IMG/VR virus record: IMGVR_UViG_3300013119_001061
From: a virus
Length of the DNA stretch: 64,000 nt
Strand: one strand, 5' to 3'
The translations under genes were made by a program, and so were the position numbers. Shown piece by piece: positions 26,830 to 36,161 of the stretch (position 1 is its first letter; each line of letters starts with the position of its first letter). The notes under the pieces were generated by a model. The model made no database searches and was not told the origin of the DNA. It was given only the letters and a program-made list of their open reading frames with translations.

Positions 26830-27486
26830 ATGAATGAAAAAGAATTGCGAAAATTAATATCAGAACAATTTTCAGGAATGATTTTAGAACAAGCTGAAGA
26901 AGAGACACCAGAAGAATCTGAGGAGTCAGATAAAGATTCAGCTTTAGATTCTATAGATGATCAAATTGATGAACTTTTTTTACAGTATGAAAAGCTCTCT
27001 CTTCCTAACGAAGAAGAGGCAATTCAAGAAATAGTTCAAAAATGCTCTCTTAGATTTATTCTAGAACAATCAGATGAAGATAAAACTGAAGAAGACAATG
27101 TTGAAGAGGAAGAATCTGAAGAAGATATAAAGGCAGATACTGAAGAAGCAGCTGAAGAAGCTGACGAGGTAGAAGAAGATGAAATTTCTGATGAAAACGA
27201 AGAAGAGATTCCGGAAATTGATATTACTACTTTTGCACTTAAGGTTGCACGCTTAGCTGAGTTACCTGAAAAAGTTTTGGACTTAAAGGCAGCTATTATC
27301 AATAGAGCTGTACAATATCTTGAAACAAACTATAATAAAAATGTTGCTGAAGATTTTGAAAGTGCGCTCATGGATAAGTTCCAACTCTCAGTCCCAGAAG
27401 CAGAAATTGAAAAAGTTATTGATGCTGATCTTCCTGCGCCTCCTGCAGTTGGTGCAGGATCCGGCGGAGGTGGCGCAGGAGGTTGA
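26830..27486 (+). CDS. acidic hypothetical protein (putative virion/scaffold)
   Basis: Glu-rich; leader NEKELRKLISEQ; internal ILEQ sites. Confidence 0.6.
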   Translation: MNEKELRKLISEQFSGMILEQAEEETPEESEESDKDSALDSIDDQIDELFLQYEKLSLPNEEEAIQEIVQKCSLRFILEQSDEDKTEEDNVEEEESEEDIKADTEEAAEEADEVEEDEISDENEEEIPEIDITTFALKVARLAELPEKVLDLKAAIINRAVQYLETNYNKNVAEDFESALMDKFQLSVPEAEIEKVIDADLPAPPAVGAGSGGGGAGG

Positions 27487-27768
27487 GTGAGCAAATATCA
27501 AGATTTTGATCGTCGAAAATCTATTCACATAAAACTCTTTGCAGATACACATGCAAAGTTTAGGATAGAGCTGATGAAAAAAAAGCTGAGTATGCAAGAA
27601 GTAATCGAAGCTTTTGCGCAAAGAGTTGTTGCTGAAGATGGATTTGCATTACGAATGCTAGATACGATTGCAAGAAAGAAAAGAGACAAAGAAATAGAAA
27701 GATTATCATCAACAGATGTTGAGTCTCTTTTTGATGTAATTGAAGATAATCAAAGAATTGATGACTAG
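27487..27768 (+). CDS. hypothetical, possible ribbon-helix-helix protein
   Basis: RKSIHIKL...HAKFR...SMQEVIE pattern. Confidence 0.45.
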   Translation: MSKYQDFDRRKSIHIKLFADTHAKFRIELMKKKLSMQEVIEAFAQRVVAEDGFALRMLDTIARKKRDKEIERLSSTDVESLFDVIEDNQRIDD

Positions 27769-27988
27769 AATGTTTAGAAAAACAAAAAAAATTAAAGAGC
27801 TTGAAAAAAGAATAAATGAATTAGAAAATCTTTGCATGCAACTTTCTACCAATTCATTAATGCTTACTAAGGAATTTGGACTTATGGCAGAAGCAATTAA
27901 AATCTTGCTAGAAAAACAGCAACTAATAGATGCGATAATAGATTCTAGATACAATGTTGTTAGAATTGATGATGATACTATCAATTAG
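27740..27988 (+). CDS. hypothetical protein
   Basis: Short coiled-coil ORF; start uncertain. Confidence 0.5.
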   Translation: MKIIKELMTRMFRKTKKIKELEKRINELENLCMQLSTNSLMLTKEFGLMAEAIKILLEKQQLIDAIIDSRYNVVRIDDDTIN

Positions 27989-28000
27989 CGGAGAAACAAA

Positions 28001-28192
28001 ATGGCAAAAGCATTCATAGATAAATATCTCAATAAGTTTGTATCACGTAAGTTCACTGTATGGTTGACAGCAACAGGACTTCTAGCTTTTGACAAAGTAG
28101 ACGGGGATCATTGGGTATATGTTTCAATGATTTACATCGGCACCCAAGCAGTGATAGATGCATTCATTAGATGGAAGGGTAGTAACCAGTGA
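28001..28192 (+). CDS. small two-TM membrane protein (holin-like)
   Basis: SRKF followed by two hydrophobic segments. Confidence 0.45.
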   Translation: MAKAFIDKYLNKFVSRKFTVWLTATGLLAFDKVDGDHWVYVSMIYIGTQAVIDAFIRWKGSNQ

Positions 28193-28593
28193 TATTATTC
28201 TTTAAAAAACTCTGGGAGCTAATTAAGAGATCCTGGCAGTTCATTGTAGGCTTTCTAATAGCAGTCATTGCAATTATCATAACTGCCGGCAAAAAAGACG
28301 AAGGATTTAAGGTTCTTAAGCGACTTCGGAAAGATGAAAAGACTCTCGATGAAAAGGTCAACGATATCCTCGAAGGAGTCGATGAAAGAAATAAGAGAAT
28401 CGATGCTGAGACAAAAAAGAGGGTAGCTGAGATTGAAGACAAGCTAAAAGAAAAGAACGAAGAGCTTGAACAATCTAAGCGAGATGAGATAGAAAAGATA
28501 GTACGTGAGACAGACGGTAATCCATCTGAGCTAGCAAAAAGATTGAGTGAGCTCACAGGTTTATCAGTTTCATCTAATAACGTAGAATTATAA
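28189..28593 (+). CDS. single-TM coiled-coil protein
   Basis: N-terminal TM FIVGFLIAVIAIII then charged coiled coil. Confidence 0.55.
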   Translation: MILFFKKLWELIKRSWQFIVGFLIAVIAIIITAGKKDEGFKVLKRLRKDEKTLDEKVNDILEGVDERNKRIDAETKKRVAEIEDKLKEKNEELEQSKRDEIEKIVRETDGNPSELAKRLSELTGLSVSSNNVEL

Positions 28594-28609
28594 ATACGGA
28601 GATTACATT

Positions 28610-29632
28610 ATGAGTGAGTTTGATTTTATTGATGCATATGAAGAGCCGCAAGCAAACCTTGAGACACTTGCAGCAAATGTTGCAGAGTCAGCTATTAACT
28701 GTGCGTTCGTCGGCGTAGGCGGCGGAGGATGCAAGATTGCAAAGTCATTCTTAGATCTTGGCTTCACAAAGACAGTTCTTCTCAATACGACGACTAAAGA
28801 CTTCCAGACGGGCGTTGATCCAGATCACATGGTCGTTCTTCCTGGGTCTGATGGGCTAGCAAAGAATATTGAGCTTGGACGAAAGGTTCTGTCAGAGAAC
28901 AGTGCATTTGTTGAGGATGCATTAAGGACTAAACTAGGCAAGGTTGACTGGTTGTTTGTTTGCGCCGGCGCCGGCGGAGGAACAGGATCATCTGCATACA
29001 CACTTGATCCGGTATTCAAGAGATTCCTTGAGACAGGAGAGGCGACAGGCAAGGTAGTCTATATCGTATCACAGCCATCAGCGCAAGAGAAACTGAATGC
29101 AACAATTAAGGCAAATGCAAAATCATTACATGCTGATGTAAAGAATGACCCACATATAATCATTGATAATGAGAAGCAATTAAATGCATTTAGAGGAAAG
29201 GTCGGAGTATTGGGCTTATATCCTGCTGCTAACAAAGCATTTTCAAAGATGTTTTGGCAGCTGCTCAAGCTAGCTAGTGAACCATCACCCGTCCAAGTAT
29301 TTGATGGCAAGGATCTAGAGCGATTCCTCGCAGCCCCTGGTCGAATGATTGTAGGTTCTGCAATTTGTGCGCCCGGCCCAAACCTAGGTGTGCAACTCTA
29401 TCAGTCATGTATTAATAACTCTCCTTGCCCTACTCCTTCTGGGCATGCTGAGACAGGTGTTCTTCTCCAGGTAATTACTGAGGATCATGCAAACGATGCA
29501 AGCATAAGCGGCCACCTAGAGGCATCAGCTGCATATGTTGGCGGAAGAACTAACACACTATTTACTGGGATTTATGTTCGAGATGCTCTCCCAGGTTTGG
29601 TGACAGTCTTGGCTTTGGGTGGTCTTAAGTGA
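28610..29632 (+). CDS. tubulin/FtsZ-family GTPase (PhuZ/TubZ-like)
   Basis: VGVGGGGCKIA and GAGGGTGSS signature; IIDNE; DGKDL. Confidence 0.85.
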   Translation: MSEFDFIDAYEEPQANLETLAANVAESAINCAFVGVGGGGCKIAKSFLDLGFTKTVLLNTTTKDFQTGVDPDHMVVLPGSDGLAKNIELGRKVLSENSAFVEDALRTKLGKVDWLFVCAGAGGGTGSSAYTLDPVFKRFLETGEATGKVVYIVSQPSAQEKLNATIKANAKSLHADVKNDPHIIIDNEKQLNAFRGKVGVLGLYPAANKAFSKMFWQLLKLASEPSPVQVFDGKDLERFLAAPGRMIVGSAICAPGPNLGVQLYQSCINNSPCPTPSGHAETGVLLQVITEDHANDASISGHLEASAAYVGGRTNTLFTGIYVRDALPGLVTVLALGGLK

Positions 29633-30060
29633 GACTACTTTTAGTCGCCATTCTTTTAGTGGCACCCCATGCATCATATGCAGATTGTGCTGACCTGACG
29701 CCAAGAACACAAGGTCAACCTGCACCGTGTGATGGTGTGCACGTAAAGTCGTCAGCAGTTGCAAAGCTTATAGTAGACAAAGAAGTTGCTGCGCAGCAAT
29801 GCCAAAACAGGGTAGATGCGCAAAAACAAACTAGCGAAACTATATGTGCGAGCAATCTTACAAAAAAAGACAATGAAATAACAGACCTCAAAGATATCCA
29901 CAAGATAAAAGTAGATATCAAAGATTCACAAATCGATTTTTTGGTCGAAAGACTAGACAAGACCAATAACCCAAAATCAAGCTGGTGGTTCTCAGGAGGT
30001 GTATTGTCAGGAATTGCTTTGACAATGGCATCTGCATGGGCATTAAATCAGATAAAATAG
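29629..30060 (+). CDS. exported coiled-coil protein with C-terminal TM
   Basis: Signal peptide, Cys pairs, C-terminal WWFSGGVLSGIAL. Confidence 0.55.
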   Translation: MRLLLVAILLVAPHASYADCADLTPRTQGQPAPCDGVHVKSSAVAKLIVDKEVAAQQCQNRVDAQKQTSETICASNLTKKDNEITDLKDIHKIKVDIKDSQIDFLVERLDKTNNPKSSWWFSGGVLSGIALTMASAWALNQIK

Positions 30061-30108
30061 CAATGCTAGTCCATATTTATTTTGACTTATCGTCCTTGGA
30101 GTAAATTA

Positions 30109-32016
30109 ATGGCTGTCAAGATTACTGAAAAAGCTTTACGAGATTTTGTAAAGACGCTGCTTTTAGAAGCACAAAATGAAAAAGAAGCTGAAGAAAAACT
30201 AGCTTTAGACCCTGCCCTTGTTGCAGAAGTTCCTTTAGATCAACCAGATACACCACTTGAGGCAGATCCGGTAGTTTTTGATCATACACTCGGCCCACCT
30301 GTAGCTGATCCAAGCTATGTTCCAGAAGATTCTGATGCATTAAAAATCTCAATAGAAAAAATGCTAGATGATGTACCTGAAAAATCAGTTGGTACTGCAT
30401 ATAAAATTGTAAAGAAAACATTAGACAATATGCATAATGTAATTCGACAAAAAGCAGAAATTACTCCTGATAATGTATTTTCACTACATGAGGCTACTGC
30501 GGCAGAAAAACTACTCTATCTAATATCAGAAGGATTCTACGACAACGTTGGTTCAATGCACGGCGCCGACGGATCAATGAGAAAAGATGTTGCAAAGGCT
30601 GCATCATATGATGGCGGGTATGGTGAAGTAGATAGAGATGAAGACGAAGAAGATCTCGGTACTCAAGGAGGCATAAGAAAATCGTCAACTGATTCATTGT
30701 CCTCTGTCGGAAAATCTGGTAATTTAGCTTCAAATATTACAATGGCAGATATTCGAAAGAATGTTGAAAGAATTAAAGCAGATGCTGTAGCCGCCGGAAA
30801 AGCTAGATCCGCTCCCGCGCAAAGTGTTATTTTCGATGGTCTCGCAAAAAGAATTCAAATTGCCAAAGAATTATTCCCTGGAAAGGCAGATGATATTGAT
30901 CTTGCAATCGCCCAGGGAGATGATCTAGATACAGAGCTTACATTTAATGAGCTTGAGCAAGTTCACAATATATACATGACATCTCCTGAGTCTATAGCAA
31001 TTGATGCATTCTACAAGAAACCTGCAAAGCCCAGCGAGGAAAATCTTCAAGCTTTGCTGGCAAGAGAAAAAGCAATAACAGGTCGTGTAAAAGATACACT
31101 ATCATCAATTGAACAAGATATGATCAAAGATAATGACGGAGAACCTGTAGAATCACAAAATGTTTGGCACAAATACCAACAGTCAGAAGACGGCCGAGAA
31201 CTAAAAAGAATTGCTACCAAGCTTCATCATCACAAAAAGCGCTCTAGAGATATCGATGCAATGCCTGGAACGTTTATTCCACCGTCAGCACAAACTGACG
31301 CCTCTTTAGCAGCACAAACTGCAGACTTGTTCGATATTGAAAAAGCAATGGGAACATCAGTTTTCAGAAATGTCAAAGACGAAGGATTTATGAAGCTAAT
31401 GTTCGGCCTGTCTATTGGCCCGGATGCATTTGAAGAAAAATATGTTGAATTCGTAATAGCACCCCCGGAAGATGCTAAAAAGATAAAATCTTTTCTTAGA
31501 AAACATACAGATGTTGATGAAATAATGGCAAATCCAGAAGAGGGCGGAGTTGAAAAAGTACTAGGACAGCTAAAAGATAAGCCTTCGAGTGAGGGAAAAG
31601 ACAGCTTGCTTGATCAATATTTAGAGCTAGTCTTGCGCTATCTTGCATCTGATATGGAATTCCCTGGTGCCAAGTCATCAAAATTCCACTTCAATAAGCA
31701 GAATGGCATCGAAGCACTATCAAAAGCTGTTGAAGGTCTAATTAGGCGCAAGGACAAAGGCAGTTATATGCATCTTAAGAAAATACTTGAAGATCCCATG
31801 AATGCAAAAGCAGTCAAAGGTCATCTTGGCAAAGACTGGAGAATGGAGCCGTTCCCAGAGAGCGAAGAAACAAAAGTATCATCTGAGATTGAAGTCGAGC
31901 CTGAAGAGGCTAAGCCGAAAATCGTACGCAAGGGCAAAACATTCAGAAGAGCAGCAAAGAACGAAAACACAATCAATCTTGATAAGCTACTAAGAGATGT
32001 ATTAGGAAACTCATGA
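30109..32016 (+). CDS. large hypothetical protein (putative virion internal protein)
   Basis: Leader KITEKALRDFVKTLLLE; ATATTTAT upstream. Confidence 0.65.
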   Translation: MAVKITEKALRDFVKTLLLEAQNEKEAEEKLALDPALVAEVPLDQPDTPLEADPVVFDHTLGPPVADPSYVPEDSDALKISIEKMLDDVPEKSVGTAYKIVKKTLDNMHNVIRQKAEITPDNVFSLHEATAAEKLLYLISEGFYDNVGSMHGADGSMRKDVAKAASYDGGYGEVDRDEDEEDLGTQGGIRKSSTDSLSSVGKSGNLASNITMADIRKNVERIKADAVAAGKARSAPAQSVIFDGLAKRIQIAKELFPGKADDIDLAIAQGDDLDTELTFNELEQVHNIYMTSPESIAIDAFYKKPAKPSEENLQALLAREKAITGRVKDTLSSIEQDMIKDNDGEPVESQNVWHKYQQSEDGRELKRIATKLHHHKKRSRDIDAMPGTFIPPSAQTDASLAAQTADLFDIEKAMGTSVFRNVKDEGFMKLMFGLSIGPDAFEEKYVEFVIAPPEDAKKIKSFLRKHTDVDEIMANPEEGGVEKVLGQLKDKPSSEGKDSLLDQYLELVLRYLASDMEFPGAKSSKFHFNKQNGIEALSKAVEGLIRRKDKGSYMHLKKILEDPMNAKAVKGHLGKDWRMEPFPESEETKVSSEIEVEPEEAKPKIVRKGKTFRRAAKNENTINLDKLLRDVLGNS

Positions 32017-32408
32017 GTAAAGATTTTTTTAAAAATCTAAGCAAAGATCTCCAGAAAAGTCATCTGGTAAAAAAGCCCTATACTTCTCGATTGTTAAGAG
32101 AAGTCTGTGTTAGTAAAAAATCAGCTGTGACAAAAGAATCCAATGAGTGGGAAATCTTAGAAAGCCCAAGAAGACTATCAAAGATCTATAGCTTTAATAA
32201 AAGTACTCATGTAAAAGAGTTTATAAGCGAGATGATTGACTATCATTCTCGATATAAGCATGAAGGGGATATTCAAATTAATCAAAATAAAGTTTTGGTT
32301 GAAGTTCATACAAAAGATTTAAACAATTTAACAGAACTAGACTATGAATATTCTAGAATGGCAGATTTGATTTACAAAGATATCGGACACTATAATGATG
32401 AACTCTAA
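32013..32408 (+). CDS. pterin-4a-carbinolamine dehydratase-like protein
   Basis: W...LSKIYSF...HEGDI...VHTKDL..LTELD pattern. Confidence 0.6.
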   Translation: MSKDFFKNLSKDLQKSHLVKKPYTSRLLREVCVSKKSAVTKESNEWEILESPRRLSKIYSFNKSTHVKEFISEMIDYHSRYKHEGDIQINQNKVLVEVHTKDLNNLTELDYEYSRMADLIYKDIGHYNDEL

Positions 32409-32766
32409 TGAAGAAAGATTTTTTGCATCAGAAAGTCTTGCAGGTATATTGTCACCCAATCTTTTAGAAGAACCAAAGACTCCCACAGGAAACTTTTCTT
32501 TAATAGTAAAAGACGAAAATTATAGTTTACAAACATACTCTGAAAACGGATCAAATATTTCAATAACTTTTGTATGTAATGATAACATGCTATTCAATAT
32601 TCTTGCGCTTGATAACAAAGAAATAAGTTTGCAATGTGGCGACAATAAATTATCTAGAGATTTAGCAGGATACGAAACAAGCTGGAATATAATTAAAGTA
32701 GATAATGAAACTTATGAAGTAAGTTTAGCATTCACAAAAAATCAGACGGGTTTAATAAATGGCTAA
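32395..32766 (+). CDS. hypothetical protein
   Basis: Coupled ORF. Confidence 0.55.
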   Translation: MMNSNEERFFASESLAGILSPNLLEEPKTPTGNFSLIVKDENYSLQTYSENGSNISITFVCNDNMLFNILALDNKEISLQCGDNKLSRDLAGYETSWNIIKVDNETYEVSLAFTKNQTGLING

Positions 32767-32980
32767 TAAAAATTCAAAAACTAAAACAGGCATTAAGAAG
32801 AAAAATGACGAGACGGCCTCGAGTCCGTTTGATAAATTTATCGACGACCAGATTAAAAGAGAACAAAAAAATACCCAACGACATGAATCAATTGCTGATA
32901 AGGGAGAAACACCACAGCAAAGATTTAATAAGCGTTATCGTGAGACAGCAGCAAACAGAACTGTCTGGAGTAAAAAATGA
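32759..32980 (+). CDS. hypothetical protein
   Basis: Coupled basic ORF. Confidence 0.55.
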   Translation: MANKNSKTKTGIKKKNDETASSPFDKFIDDQIKREQKNTQRHESIADKGETPQQRFNKRYRETAANRTVWSKK

Positions 32981-33597
32981 GAAAAACAATTACTACAAGC
33001 AAGCAACTAAAAGACTTTCTTTCAAATATCATTAGCAACAGTATTGTAATTGCAAAAGATGAATTAGATAAAATAAATGAAAACTCATTTACCAGCCTTT
33101 TAGAGCAAGAATCAGCAGGACCTGAGGAAGAGCCAGAAGAGACTGAAGAAGTCGAGGAAGAGGTTGAGGAAGAGGCTGAGGAAGAAAAAAATCCGATGAA
33201 AAGAAAGCCAAAGGCTGACCTCGACAGACCAAAAGCAGGATCAGAGGTTCGACTCACGCACATTTTGTCAGCTGTTAATCAAATTAGAAGTGGCCGATCT
33301 TTAAAAGACCCAGATGTAAGAGAAGAACTTAAAGTATACTTTGACGGTCTAGATAACCCAGAAAGAATTGCTCTATCTGAGTTTTTAGACGGCCTAACAG
33401 ACGTTATTGTAAAAGGCGTGCCAGGAGACGAGGCAGAAGTGCCAAGTGAAGAAGTAAAAATGAAAGAACCTGAATCTTCAAAGGAAGATAAAGACAATAA
33501 AATTGACGACGCATCCAAGAGTGAAAAACCCAAAGATGAAGAAAAGTCAGCTGCCCCGGCAGAAGACCTAACCCCACCCATTCAAGTACGGAGATAA
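32977..33597 (+). CDS. acidic hypothetical protein
   Basis: Glu-rich; LLEQ site; NQIRSGRSLKD. Confidence 0.6.
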   Translation: MRKTITTSKQLKDFLSNIISNSIVIAKDELDKINENSFTSLLEQESAGPEEEPEETEEVEEEVEEEAEEEKNPMKRKPKADLDRPKAGSEVRLTHILSAVNQIRSGRSLKDPDVREELKVYFDGLDNPERIALSEFLDGLTDVIVKGVPGDEAEVPSEEVKMKEPESSKEDKDNKIDDASKSEKPKDEEKSAAPAEDLTPPIQVRR

Positions 33598-33601
33598 TGA
33601 A

Positions 33602-33799
33602 TTGCAAATTACAACAATCGAATTAGGCGACGGAAACGTTTTAGAAGTCCAGCACACCCCGGGATTTATCCGCGAGGTATCAAAGTGGTCTGGGACATCT
33701 GCTGAAGAAGTTCAGCCTAATGATATTAAAGCATTCATTAGATCGTCATTTAAAATTGCCTTAGACACCGGCACACTGGAAAAAATAGAAGCAGTTTAA
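33602..33799 (+). CDS. hypothetical protein
   Basis: 65-aa ORF fills the gap. Confidence 0.5.
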   Translation: MQITTIELGDGNVLEVQHTPGFIREVSKWSGTSAEEVQPNDIKAFIRSSFKIALDTGTLEKIEAV

Positions 33800-33800
33800 T

Positions 33801-34088
33801 ATGGGCAAAGATCTACTCAGAGACATAATTCGAGAGGAGCTTAACTCTCTAGTTGAAGCCAAGATGCCCACCACAAGAGAGGGTAGTAAGGTTGTGTACG
33901 CCTCTGAGGATCATATCATGTCCCTTGAAGAAGATCTCCGGGAGCTTGTTTCAATTCGCGACCGTTCAACACGACGATCTACTGGTCGCTGGGCGTTGTC
34001 ACGCGCCGTTGAAAGAGTTCGCACCGAGCTCAAAAGAGCAAAAAGGATCAAGGCAAAACAGGATCTATTGCTAGCCCAAGAAGACTAA
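33801..34088 (+). CDS. hypothetical protein with 'LRDIIREE' leader
   Basis: MGKDLLRDIIREELNSLVE. Confidence 0.6.
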   Translation: MGKDLLRDIIREELNSLVEAKMPTTREGSKVVYASEDHIMSLEEDLRELVSIRDRSTRRSTGRWALSRAVERVRTELKRAKRIKAKQDLLLAQED

Positions 34089-34105
34089 AAATTATTTACA
34101 ATCGT

Positions 34106-34134
34106 GTGTAAACTCCCTATAGATAGTGTATTAT
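34106..34134 (+). promoter_or_regulatory. putative phage promoter GTGTAAA-N16-TATTAT
   Basis: Intergenic; followed by strong SD TAAGGAGG. Confidence 0.6.
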
Positions 34135-34157
34135 ATCTATGTTAAGGAGGTTCCCAT

Positions 34158-34502
34158 ATGACAAATAATAACTGGGTCCCAGAGATCATGTACGAGGAAG
34201 GTTCCGAAGGAGCCAGCAATATCCCGTTTATTCAAGTTCCCGAGGACGAGGAGATGCCAAAGCTTCTCTTTATGTTCGAGAGCAGGAATACCGGTGAGCT
34301 CGAGCCGGGCCCTGAAGGTGAAGAGATGCCTGTTTTTGAATGGGATCTACACCAATATGCAGATATGGCAATTCTTAAGGAGGCACTCCGACCAGAGTTG
34401 TTTGATGAAGTTCGTGTATCTCTAGGGTTGCAGCCGATGGCCGAGGCAGTTGAAGCTGGCCAAAAGATTTCCCAAAACGTTCGAACCACGCTGGAAGATT
34501 AA
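34158..34502 (+). CDS. hypothetical protein
   Basis: Strong SD; 114 aa. Confidence 0.65.
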   Translation: MTNNNWVPEIMYEEGSEGASNIPFIQVPEDEEMPKLLFMFESRNTGELEPGPEGEEMPVFEWDLHQYADMAILKEALRPELFDEVRVSLGLQPMAEAVEAGQKISQNVRTTLED

Positions 34503-35323
34503 TGGAATATATCACTAAAGATGATATTCAATCTACACTTGTCAATATGCAAGAGTTTTATCAAGAGCTTAAAAATGTTTTTTTAAAAAGCAGAATGAAC
34601 ATTGAAGACAACCTCGGTCGAAGAAACATTCTTATGTCAATGGTTCAAGAAGAGTTTCTTGCTCGAACTCTTGATAAGCGCTATAATAAAGTTACTGCTG
34701 ATGGCGCTCCCGGAAAAGCGGACATTGTAATCGAGGATCTAGATAAAGAGATCGAATGCAAGCTTACAACAATTACAAAGTCAGGTTCAATCAGTTTGCA
34801 GTCAGACTATGCTACACTTAAGCAAAAGGGATCGCTTGACTATATCTACTTTATTGCATCACCTGATTTTGAAAGCTTCTCTGTAATCTATTTTGACGGG
34901 CTAACAGTTGATGACTTTAGAAGTCTCTCTCCTGGCGCCAGAGGAAAAGTTGCCATGAAAAAGCATGAAGGCATGAAGAAGGCAAAGATTCTATTTGGAA
35001 ATGTTAAAAATAATAATGAGTCTGAAATTGAAAAGATTGATTCTCTTTTTGATGATGAAGCAAATCGACACAGAAAAAACATGAAAAGAATCAATGAGCT
35101 TAAGTGCAATCTATCATCACGTCTTGAGTCAAAAACAAACACTGGAGGAAGAGAGATTTCTGAGAAGGTTATTAGATCAACTGAGGCCAATCTAAAGAAA
35201 ATTTTTGATCGCCAAGAAAGAGAAGTGGAAAGACATAGAAAGAAGATTTCTGTGCTAATGAATCGCAAATCTTATTGGTTGAGTCATCCAGGAAAATATT
35301 CTTTTCTGTTAGAAAAAGTATAA
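34502..35323 (+). CDS. restriction-endonuclease-like (PD-(D/E)xK) protein
   Basis: QEE...GKADIVIEDLDKEIECKLT. Confidence 0.5.
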   Translation: MEYITKDDIQSTLVNMQEFYQELKNVFLKSRMNIEDNLGRRNILMSMVQEEFLARTLDKRYNKVTADGAPGKADIVIEDLDKEIECKLTTITKSGSISLQSDYATLKQKGSLDYIYFIASPDFESFSVIYFDGLTVDDFRSLSPGARGKVAMKKHEGMKKAKILFGNVKNNNESEIEKIDSLFDDEANRHRKNMKRINELKCNLSSRLESKTNTGGREISEKVIRSTEANLKKIFDRQEREVERHRKKISVLMNRKSYWLSHPGKYSFLLEKV

Positions 35324-35380
35324 CAATCTAATTCTACATAATAATTAGAATAGAGCGCCATTTTGCGCAAGGAGAAAATC

Positions 35381-35905
35381 ATGGATTTTAATGCAAAACG
35401 TTTATCATTGTTAGCAGGAATCGGAAACCCTGAAGATCGTCACGATATCGTGCAAGAACAAGCTCAGCAGCTTAATGAGTCAATTGAGGCTCGAAAAGTA
35501 GATGAGTCAGAGAGTGATGTTCGAATTGCAGTTCGTAGAACTATTCAAAAGATGATTGCTGAGGGCTCATTGTCGCCTAAGCAGCAAAAATCTTTAGATA
35601 GATTTGAGGATGCACTTCTTAAGGGAGCCGACGCAGAAGAAGATTCTGAAACAGGTGAGATTAAGATAAAGTTTGCTGCTGATGAAAAAGAAAAAGCCAA
35701 TGAGTCTGATGATCCAGAAGAGCTTATTGATGCTGATCAAGAATTAGAAGCAGATGAAGAGGCCATCAAAGAAGTGGATGAATCTGACGACGAAGCTGTA
35801 ATCAGTGAAATGGAAGATGGTTCGCTTACTTTAGAAATGGGTGGCAAGACATACTCACTTAAAGAAATTCTTGCAGAAGTCGAAGACGACGTAGAAGAGA
35901 TTTAA
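35381..35905 (+). CDS. acidic hypothetical protein
   Basis: SD AAGGAG; RLSLLAGI motif; LNE sites. Confidence 0.6.
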   Translation: MDFNAKRLSLLAGIGNPEDRHDIVQEQAQQLNESIEARKVDESESDVRIAVRRTIQKMIAEGSLSPKQQKSLDRFEDALLKGADAEEDSETGEIKIKFAADEKEKANESDDPEELIDADQELEADEEAIKEVDESDDEAVISEMEDGSLTLEMGGKTYSLKEILAEVEDDVEEI

Positions 35906-35932
35906 TAGTTAGTTTTTTAGTAAACAATCTGT

Positions 35933-36160
35933 GTGCTTATAGTATTATATGCCTATGGAGATTTACTAATGAAATTACACCCAAGTGCAGTTAAGCGTCT
36001 ATTGAAAATGTATGATAATTTTGGCGGCTTTCGAGAAGAAACTAAGCTAAAGCAGGCTCTCGAGGCGCTAGATTTGTCATCATATTTACAGCAAGCTCCC
36101 CCTAATGACGAGGTTTTAGTTTGCACAGATGAATTACAAGAGGCACTAAGGAACCTATAG
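35933..36160 (+). CDS. hypothetical protein
   Basis: Short ORF; true start probably the internal Met after GGAG. Confidence 0.5.
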   Translation: MLIVLYAYGDLLMKLHPSAVKRLLKMYDNFGGFREETKLKQALEALDLSSYLQQAPPNDEVLVCTDELQEALRNL

Positions 36161-36161
36161 C

